Positions 57,198-64,000 of a DNA stretch of 64,000 nucleotides are shown here, in pieces. The translations under genes were made by a program, and so were the position numbers. The notes beneath the pieces are model-generated. The model had not been told where the DNA came from. It saw nothing but the letters and a program-made list of their open reading frames with translations, and did not search any database. The stretch lies in assembly GCA_049322915.1 (NCBI GenBank), contig JBMOPW010000020.1, positions 192,001-256,000 on the forward strand. Reading direction: 5' to 3'. The DNA is from Candidatus Zhuqueibacterota bacterium. GTDB taxonomy: Bacteria; Zhuqueibacterota; Zhuqueibacteria; Thermofontimicrobiales; Thermofontimicrobiaceae. Positions within the stretch are counted from its first letter, which is position 1. Every line of letters begins with the position of its first letter.

Positions 57198-58592
57198 ATG
57201 ACTCAAAACTTGCTGGACAAACCAGTTCACAGTCGCGAATTTCGCATCCGCCGATTCCTGAACTGGTTCCCCATGGGTCTGACCTATGCGTTTCTCTATA
57301 TGGGGCGCTACAATTTAACGGTTTCCAAGAATGCCCTCGGCGACCTCATGTCGAAAGCTGATTTCGGCGTCATCTTCGGCGCCGGGACAATCACCTATGC
57401 GTTCGCTTTTTTAATCAACGGCCCGTTGACGGATCGCATGGGAGGCAAAATGGCCATTCTGACCGGCGCATTGGGGGCTGCATTCATGAACGCCATTCTG
57501 GGCGTGGTCACTTATCTCGTGCTGACACAGAAAGCGACTATTAATCTCGTCCTGGTCTTTTCAATTATTTACTCGCTGAATATGTATTTCCAGAGCTTCG
57601 GCGCCGTGGCTATTGTGAAAGTGAACTCGTCGTGGTTCCATGTGCGCGAGCGCGGCGTATTCGGGGGAATCTTCGGCGTGCTCATCTCACTGGGCATTTA
57701 TTTCGCATTCGATTGGGGCACAGCGATCGTCGAAGCAACGCGCGCCACGCTGACCACGGATTTGAATTTCATTCAGACCGGGCTGCGAAATCTGATCGGC
57801 GTGACAGGATCGACCGTTGACCAGACCTGGTGGGTGTTCTTCATCCCTGCCATTCTGTTATTTGTGTTCTTCATATTCGAAATTTTTCTGCTCAGAGATA
57901 CGCCGTCTCAGGCCGGGCTACGGGATTTCGATACGGCCGACGCCTCGTCCGGCGAGGACGAAGGAAAGTATCAACTCCGTTTGCTTCTCAAAAAAATTCT
58001 GACCAATAAAATCATCATCACCGTCGCGGTCATTGAGTTTTGTACCGGCGTTCTACGGCAGGGCATCATGCACTGGTATCTCATTTTCACCAACGAGACC
58101 GGGCTCAGCGCCGAACATTTCATGCGCGCGCATTGGGGCCTCATTCTCATGCTGACCGGTTCTTTAGGCGGTATCTTCGCCGGATTTGTCTCTGACAAGA
58201 TTTTTGGCTCGCGGCGCGGGCCCGTGGCTGCGCTGTTTTACGGCATGATGATTGTGCTGACTGCAGCCATGGGGTTTGTCCTGGACATGAATCCCTTTGT
58301 CCTGGGCGCGATTGTTTCGCTCATTTCACTGGCAGTGATTGGCACCCACGGCATGCTCTCCGGCACAGCGACTATGGATTTCGGCGGACGAAAAGGCGCG
58401 GCTACCGCTGTCGGCCTGATCGATGGATTCGTCTATCTGGGAACCGGATTTCAATCAATTTGTCTGAGCCAACTTGTCACCATCAGTTGGAGTTACTGGG
58501 CGCCGTTTCTTGTCCCATTCGCCATCATCGGATTCATTCTGGCGATTAAAATCTGGCACGCCTACCCGCAGGGAAAACAAAAAGGCCATTAA
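57198..58592 (+). CDS. MFS transporter, GlpT/UhpT (organophosphate:Pi antiporter)-like
   Basis: Y..LYMGRYN, NGPLTDRMG, WFHVRERG, SDKIFGSRRGP, AVGLIDGFVYLG. Confidence 0.88.
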   Translation: MTQNLLDKPVHSREFRIRRFLNWFPMGLTYAFLYMGRYNLTVSKNALGDLMSKADFGVIFGAGTITYAFAFLINGPLTDRMGGKMAILTGALGAAFMNAILGVVTYLVLTQKATINLVLVFSIIYSLNMYFQSFGAVAIVKVNSSWFHVRERGVFGGIFGVLISLGIYFAFDWGTAIVEATRATLTTDLNFIQTGLRNLIGVTGSTVDQTWWVFFIPAILLFVFFIFEIFLLRDTPSQAGLRDFDTADASSGEDEGKYQLRLLLKKILTNKIIITVAVIEFCTGVLRQGIMHWYLIFTNETGLSAEHFMRAHWGLILMLTGSLGGIFAGFVSDKIFGSRRGPVAALFYGMMIVLTAAMGFVLDMNPFVLGAIVSLISLAVIGTHGMLSGTATMDFGGRKGAATAVGLIDGFVYLGTGFQSICLSQLVTISWSYWAPFLVPFAIIGFILAIKIWHAYPQGKQKGH

Positions 58593-58615
58593 CTTTTAAC
58601 TGAAGGAGCGCTTTC

Positions 58616-59329
58616 ATGAATTTCTTTGAAATTATCATCCTCACGGCTCGCCCGGCCTCGGGCAAATCTGAAGTCATTGACTATTTGAAAAAGACAGAAG
58701 TGGAAACCCGAAAGCAGCGGTTTCATATAGCTGAATTCGATGAGATCGATGACTTCCCATTTGTGTGGGATACCTTTGTCATCGATGATATTCTGACCCG
58801 GCATGGCAGACCCCGCCTGTTCACCAACGAAGATTATTATTTCAACGACCCATTTGTGTGGAATTTATTCATCGAAAAGATCAATGTCGCCTACGCCAAG
58901 AAACTGGCCTATAACCCCAATTATCACAAAACCCACAGCGCCATCATCGAGTTCGCGCGCGGCGGTGAAAATGGCATTGGCGAAGCGCTGTCCTATTTGA
59001 GCGCCGATATCCTCAGTCGGGCGGGCATTGTGTACATCGATGTTTCGTACGAAGAGTCAGTTCGAAAAAACCGGGCGCGGGCACGAAAAGGCCAGGAGGA
59101 TTCTATCCTGTTTCATTCATTGCCGGATGAAAAAATGGAGTTTTATTATAAGACAAATGACTGGAAAAAATTGACGGGCGCGGATCCTGAATTCATCAAC
59201 GTGAAGGGAATCAATGTGCCGTACTCGGTCTTTCGCAATGAACCGGACGTGACCACGCGCGGCGGTGAGCCGCTGGGCAAAGCGCTGGAGGATACGCTCG
59301 GCCGACTGTGGAAAATCAAAAATAAATAG
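58616..59329 (+). CDS. Uncharacterised P-loop NTPase/kinase-like protein
   Basis: N-terminal IIILTARPASGKS, IIEFARG, IVYIDVSYEESVRKNRAR (NMP-kinase-like lid); AAGGAG RBS. Confidence 0.7.
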   Translation: MNFFEIIILTARPASGKSEVIDYLKKTEVETRKQRFHIAEFDEIDDFPFVWDTFVIDDILTRHGRPRLFTNEDYYFNDPFVWNLFIEKINVAYAKKLAYNPNYHKTHSAIIEFARGGENGIGEALSYLSADILSRAGIVYIDVSYEESVRKNRARARKGQEDSILFHSLPDEKMEFYYKTNDWKKLTGADPEFINVKGINVPYSVFRNEPDVTTRGGEPLGKALEDTLGRLWKIKNK

Positions 59330-59349
59330 TCTGTTCGCCGGAATAAAAT

Positions 59350-59384
59350 AAAAGTGCACGACGGGTTTTGCCGTGCACTTTTTT
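59350..59384. terminator. Bidirectional intrinsic terminator
   Basis: AAAAGTGCACG-loop-CGTGCACTTTTTT between convergent genes. Confidence 0.8.
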
Positions 59385-59554
59385 CATTTCTGAATCGGTG
59401 GATGATACCGGCGTGGCTCCACTGTTCCGGGAGTCACTGGCCTGCCACAGGCAGTAACGCAGATAACTTTCACACCCTGCTGCAGCGGACGCCGATGGCC
59501 GGCGCGATGAGCATGACAGCCTCTTTCCCGATGAGTCGTCATCGGAGCGGGACA

Positions 59555-61081
59555 TCACTTCATGCGAATTCGGCCTTCGATTTTCGAATCAATTTTTTTC
59601 TGCTGCTCAATGGCCTTCACCACGACTTCCGTGAGAGGGATCATCAGATCGATCACTTTTTCAGGTTTGGAATACAGGTATTTTTCGTAATTGGCGAGGA
59701 CAAAATCCACGGTTGCCCCGGTGTAGATTCGCTGCGGATCGATCTTCTTGCCATTGACATGAGCCTTGAGTATTTTTATCGAACCATCGCCCTTTTTTTC
59801 GATGGCAATGGTAAGCCCTGAAACTTGCAGGATTCCGCCTTGCTTGTCCATGGCCGCTAGGGCGTTGTTATGAATCACGTTCAACAGATTCGCGCCGGTC
59901 ATTTCAAATTTGCACAGCGAATTATTGAACGGCAGGATGTTTTTGATATCCAGCTTTTTAATCACCCCGCTATCCAGATCCCGGCGAATGCCGCCGCTGT
60001 TGATCACCGCAAAATCGGCCTCGCAGTAGGTCCGAATGCAGTCCGCGATGAAATTGCCGATATTACTTTCCCCTTCAGAATTGCGATGCCACGGCGCGAC
60101 CAGTTCGCCAATGACGCGATCGTATTCCGCATTGATCTGGTTCTCGTAGATGGCAATCTCTTTCTGCAGCGAGGAATCGGGCGCGACACCCTCATTTTCG
60201 AGAGGAATGAGTTCGTAGGTGAACTGCTGAACCGTGTCAGCGGCAACCGTGACGTCGATATGTCCCAGGTTCATGCAGTTGCTGCCGGCCTGAACTATGT
60301 ATTTTCCATTGACACGAACCGGCTCTTTCAGCCGGGAATGGCTGTGTCCGCCGATGATGATGTCCACCGCCGGGCCGACATTAGAAGCCATCTCATAGTC
60401 AGCGTCCAGCCCGCGGTGACTGAGGACAATGATGAGATCGGTCAGCGGGTCGATGACTTGGGCGAGCGAATCCACGATGGGAATCGCCGGACGGACGATA
60501 ACCTGGTTGCGCTGCGGCATGTTGATGTAATCTTTCAGATCGTCCACGATGACGCCGATGACTCCGATTTTCAAATCCGCTTTCGTGAAAATGACGTAGG
60601 GTTTCTCGGTGAATAACGCGCCGTCTTCGGTGAACAGATTGGCCGAGACCACCGGAAAATTACACAGGCGAATCAGGTTGCGGACGTTGGCCACAGAAAT
60701 GTCGAACTCATGATTCCCCAGGGTCATGCCATAGTATTTCATGTAATTGAAAAAATGAATCAACGCGCCGCCCCTGGCGCTGTCCACCTCGATGTCTGAA
60801 ATGGGATTGCCGGTCATAAAATCGCCGGCATCCAGCAGCAGGAGTTGAGGCTGCTCCGCTCTGAATTTACTGATGTAATGGTTGAGCGCCTGCACTCCGC
60901 CCACCCATCGCGTGCCGCCCTGGGGTTCTTTCGATTTGATGGAGACAGGGACGAATCCCGCGTGGATGTCATTCGTGTGTAGAATCGTAATCGTTTTTCT
61001 GGACGAGTCGGTACCATAACAGGACTGGAACAGCGCCAGCGTGAGGATGATTGTTGTAATCAGATTGTTTTTTATTTTCAT
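59555..61081 (-). CDS. 5'-nucleotidase / UDP-sugar hydrolase (UshA-like metallophosphoesterase)
   Basis: LHTNDIH, LDAGD, LGNHEFD, LSHRG, GGHSH, NSGGIR, PFNN. Confidence 0.95.
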   Translation of the reverse strand: MKIKNNLITTIILTLALFQSCYGTDSSRKTITILHTNDIHAGFVPVSIKSKEPQGGTRWVGGVQALNHYISKFRAEQPQLLLLDAGDFMTGNPISDIEVDSARGGALIHFFNYMKYYGMTLGNHEFDISVANVRNLIRLCNFPVVSANLFTEDGALFTEKPYVIFTKADLKIGVIGVIVDDLKDYINMPQRNQVIVRPAIPIVDSLAQVIDPLTDLIIVLSHRGLDADYEMASNVGPAVDIIIGGHSHSRLKEPVRVNGKYIVQAGSNCMNLGHIDVTVAADTVQQFTYELIPLENEGVAPDSSLQKEIAIYENQINAEYDRVIGELVAPWHRNSEGESNIGNFIADCIRTYCEADFAVINSGGIRRDLDSGVIKKLDIKNILPFNNSLCKFEMTGANLLNVIHNNALAAMDKQGGILQVSGLTIAIEKKGDGSIKILKAHVNGKKIDPQRIYTGATVDFVLANYEKYLYSKPEKVIDLMIPLTEVVVKAIEQQKKIDSKIEGRIRMK

Positions 61082-61134
61082 GACGACCACCTGGAAGTGT
61101 TTTTTGAATAGTATGGAATTAGCGCGTGCGGAGC

Positions 61135-61163
61135 AATGTATACAAATAATTGAAAAAAATCAA
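61135..61163 (-). promoter_or_regulatory. Candidate sigma-70 promoter for the nucleotidase
   Basis: Minus strand TTGATT-17-TACATT. Confidence 0.45.
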
Positions 61164-61320
61164 GCACTTTGTAACATGGTCTGAGAAGGCGAAACCGGAT
61201 CATAAAAAGGAAATTTTATCATTGATTCTGATTTTCAAAATTAATATCTTGTGACTATCGAAAATTTTATTGTACACATCATGGAAAATTGACGATTCAA
61301 TAAAAATTGCGGAGCGGTCT

Positions 61321-61623
61321 ATGGTCAAACATATTGTCATGTGGCAACTGCACGAACATGCGGAAGGGCGTTCAAAACTGGAAAATGCAAATCGGGTGAA
61401 GGCGAGGCTGGAGGCACTAGCAGAATCGATACCGGAGATAAAATTGCTGGAAGTGGGATTGAATATCACGTCGGACCCGGATGCCTGCGATATCGTCCTT
61501 TATTCCGAATTCGACAGCCGCGAAGATTTACAGACCTACCAGGACCACCCGGACCACGTTGCGTTCAAGAAATTTATTCAGCCCATTCGATCCGAAAAGC
61601 GAGTGATAGACTATCTCATTTGA
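61321..61623 (+). CDS. Dabb family (stress-responsive A/B barrel) protein
   Basis: MVKHIVMW...IPEI..LEVG...DIVLYSEF...YQDHPDH...VIDY. Confidence 0.92.
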   Translation: MVKHIVMWQLHEHAEGRSKLENANRVKARLEALAESIPEIKLLEVGLNITSDPDACDIVLYSEFDSREDLQTYQDHPDHVAFKKFIQPIRSEKRVIDYLI

Positions 61624-61694
61624 ACCGCTCTGTGCCATGTACTGAGCAGATGTGCGGACGAATTTTAAAATACATCAAAGGGAGGATGAAAACC

Positions 61695-62657
61695 ATGCCA
61701 CTGCTGTTTGATATGCCTTTGGAAGAGTTGTACACTTATGCCGGCTGCAATCCACGACCGGATGACTTTGATCAATTCTGGGATTCGGGATTGGAGGAGA
61801 TGCATTCCATTGAGCCGAAAATTGAACTGGTCCATGCGAAGTTTCAGACGTCATTTGCCGAGTGTATGGATTTATACTTCACCGGCGTTGGCGGCGCGAG
61901 AATACATGCGAAATTTATTCATCCGCGCAATGCAAAAAAGCCGCATCCGGCAGTGCTGATCTTCCACGGGTACGCGGGCAATTCCGGCGACTGGACGGAC
62001 AAGTTAGGGTATGCAGCGCTGGGCTACACCGTGGCGGCGTTGGATTGTCGCGGCCAGGGCGGGAAATCCGAGGACAAAGGCGGCGTATTTGGCCACACAT
62101 TGAACGGACACATTATCCGCGGGTTGGACGATGTGCCGGAGAAGATGCTGTACCGGCAAATCATGCTGGATACGGCGCAATTGGCGGGCATTGTCATGGC
62201 CATGCCGGACGTGGATGAGAATCGCGTCGGCGCCCTGGGCGGCAGTCAGGGTGGCGCTTTGACTCTGGCCTGCGCCGCGCTGGAGCCGCGCATTAATCGC
62301 GCCGCGCCGGTGTTCCCGTTCCTCTCGGATTACAAACGCGTGTGGCAACTCGACCTGGCGGAACGCGCCTATGCCGAGCTGAAGGAGTACTTCCGTAAAT
62401 TCGATCCGCTGCATCAGCACGAGGAGTGGGTATTCACGCGATTGGGCTACATCGATATCCAGCACCTCTGTCCGCGCATTGCCGGCGAGGTGTTCCTGGG
62501 CGTCGGCCTGATGGATACAATTTGCCCGCCATCGACCCAATTCGCTGCCTACAACAAAATCACAGCGAAGAAATCGCTGGCCATTTATCCTGATTTTGGC
62601 CATGAAGAGTTGCCCGGTCATGCGGACAGCGTGTTTCAATTCATGGCAGAAATGTAA
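61695..62657 (+). CDS. Acetyl xylan esterase / cephalosporin-C deacetylase (CE7)
   Basis: DMPLEEL, PDDFDQFW, FHGY, RGQGG, GGSQGG, CPPSTQFAAYN, GHE; start reset behind GGAGG. Confidence 0.94.
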   Translation: MPLLFDMPLEELYTYAGCNPRPDDFDQFWDSGLEEMHSIEPKIELVHAKFQTSFAECMDLYFTGVGGARIHAKFIHPRNAKKPHPAVLIFHGYAGNSGDWTDKLGYAALGYTVAALDCRGQGGKSEDKGGVFGHTLNGHIIRGLDDVPEKMLYRQIMLDTAQLAGIVMAMPDVDENRVGALGGSQGGALTLACAALEPRINRAAPVFPFLSDYKRVWQLDLAERAYAELKEYFRKFDPLHQHEEWVFTRLGYIDIQHLCPRIAGEVFLGVGLMDTICPPSTQFAAYNKITAKKSLAIYPDFGHEELPGHADSVFQFMAEM

Positions 62658-62903
62658 TGTCGAACGGAGACGCTGCCGCTGAAAACGCTGCATCACGATG
62701 GGTCGATTTTGCAGGGAGCGGTTTTTTATGCGGAGCGAATCATACCGGCGCGGTTCAGTCGCACGGTTCATGGACAGCGCCATTGCTTCAGATTTGAACA
62801 GAATTTCAGACTCTTTAAAAATATGAGAAATGCGGGACGCATGGTTTTTCATTCGAACTTTGTATCGAACAGACAGTGACCTACTTATTGAAAGGAAAAT
62901 GGC

Positions 62904-63584
62904 ATGGTGCATGATCTGAACTCGCTTTTAAAATTAATGGGAGAGGTGTTCAAAGCGCACCCCTGGCATGGCATTTCCATTGGCGACGGCCAGCCCAAAG
63001 TTGTGACGGCGTACATCGAGCTCGTGCCGGAGGATACGGTAAAATATGAATTGGACAAAGAAAGCGGCTTGCTCAAAGTGGATCGGCCGCAGGTGTACTC
63101 CAACATTTGTCCCACCCTGTACGGGTTGATTCCCCAGACCTATTGCGGTGAAAAAATTGCCGAATTCTGCCAGCAGAAAACCGGGCGGCAGCACATTGTG
63201 GGTGATGGCGATCCGCTCGATATTTGTGTCTTCTCTGAAAAGCTCATTCCCCACGGCGACGTGATTTTGCAGGCGCGGCCGGTCGGTGGTTTGCGCATGA
63301 TCGACCACGGCGAAGCGGATGACAAAATTATCGCTGTCATGAAAAATGACGCTGTGTTCGAGGAATGGGACGATATCACCGACTGCCCCAACAAAGTCAT
63401 CGAGCGATTGAAGCATTATTTTCTGACCTACAAACAAGCGCCGGGCAGCTCGCTGACCGATTGCGAAATCACAGATGTCTATAATAAACAGGAAGCCTAT
63501 GAGATCATCCGGCGTGGGTATGAAGATTACCGGTCAAAATTCCCGGAAATAGAAAACGTGATGTCCACGATGTTGCGCCGATGA
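62904..63584 (+). CDS. ppa: Inorganic pyrophosphatase, family I
   Basis: HPWHG, KYELDKESG, YGLIPQT, GDGDPLDI, D.GEADDKIIAV, YFLTYK. Confidence 0.96.
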   Translation: MVHDLNSLLKLMGEVFKAHPWHGISIGDGQPKVVTAYIELVPEDTVKYELDKESGLLKVDRPQVYSNICPTLYGLIPQTYCGEKIAEFCQQKTGRQHIVGDGDPLDICVFSEKLIPHGDVILQARPVGGLRMIDHGEADDKIIAVMKNDAVFEEWDDITDCPNKVIERLKHYFLTYKQAPGSSLTDCEITDVYNKQEAYEIIRRGYEDYRSKFPEIENVMSTMLRR

Positions 63585-63709
63585 TTTTTAAAAGGATAAA
63601 ATCCAATGGCTGGTGGGCGTTCTTTCCTGCATTGGAACGGATTGAAAAATATATTATCAACAATCCGATAAAATGGTCGAATGATAGATTTCGCGCGCCG
63701 CGAAGATGA
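63581..63709 (+). pseudogene. C-terminal remnant of a Y1 (IS200-like/REP-associated) tyrosine transposase
   Basis: 42-codon frame ending ALERIEKYIINNPIKWSNDRF, matching the YI.xNP..W..D motif; no HUH part present. Confidence 0.6.
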
Positions 63710-63865
63710 ATAGGAATAAACAGAAACCGAATCGCCTCTCTCTGGGTGGAATTTCGCGTATCTATTTCGCGGCTGAAATTCGAATAGTTGAAGGAAAGCA
63801 AGAGTAAATACTTATTTACAAATAGGGGTTATCTATTTATAATTCGAAATAATTAAGGAACCTGA

Positions 63866-64000
63866 ATGAACGCCTGGACATGGAATATTCAAAATGAAGA
63901 TTTTCTTCAACGAACCATAAAAAGATGCCGCAGACAAAATATTATCCTCCCAACATTTCATCAACTCAGGCACCCTGATACGATTCCGCAGGAAATACAG
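63866..64000 (+). CDS. N-terminus of a probable PLP-dependent (fold type II) enzyme, truncated by the window edge
   Basis: AAGGA RBS; MNAWTWNIQNEDFLQRTIKRCRRQNIILPTFHQLRHPDTIPQEIQ, open to the end; the IILPTF.Q...P..IP motif is recalled from this family. Confidence 0.55.
   Translation, partial: MNAWTWNIQNEDFLQRTIKRCRRQNIILPTFHQLRHPDTIPQEIQ

Noticed and set aside
61341..61694. Long N-terminal extension of the CE7 esterase ORF
   Set aside because: It overlaps the Dabb gene in another frame; the family N-terminus and a GGAGG RBS support a start at 61695.

Overview
Bacterial chromosomal window with mid-range GC. GWxTD, lamin-tail and T9SS-A-like C-terminal domains plus many lipoproteins suggest an FCB-group organism such as candidate division KSB1 (inference). 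(1) 1-16353: a sigma-54 two-component system faces a divergent exporter operon made of an MFP, a four-helix-bundle gene, one ABC ATPase and at least five tandem, highly divergent FtsX/MacB-type permeases. The permease junctions carry 7-nt-periodic hairpins, and three of them share a near-identical block that includes a relic copy of the permease 3' end. The four-helix-bundle gene is itself bracketed by inverted heptamer arrays. (2) 16.4-30.6 kb: PEP synthase/PPDK regulatory protein, gluconolactonase, GH1, and a carbohydrate cluster (beta-helix enzyme, sugar ABC transporter, BNR sialidase-like protein, UroD/MtaA-family protein, TPR protein). (3) 31.6-46.3 kb: a PhnD-like binding protein, histidine kinase and sigma-54 activator face a divergent locus with two CYTH proteins, SLC13, DUF47, PiT, an OprO/P porin, two lamin-tail surface proteins and a beta-propeller; this is a candidate undescribed tri-/polyphosphate acquisition system. 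(4) 46.9-64 kb: three paralogous exported TPR proteins, a lipoprotein plus FadL-like barrel, a GWxTD protein, SDR, GlpT-like MFS plus P-loop protein, 5'-nucleotidase, Dabb, CE7 esterase, ppa, a Y1-transposase remnant and a partial PLP enzyme. Two copies of a MITE-like element and two copies of a REP-like palindrome are present. I saw no rRNA, tRNA or CRISPR array. All family calls are by eye from motifs; no searches were run.
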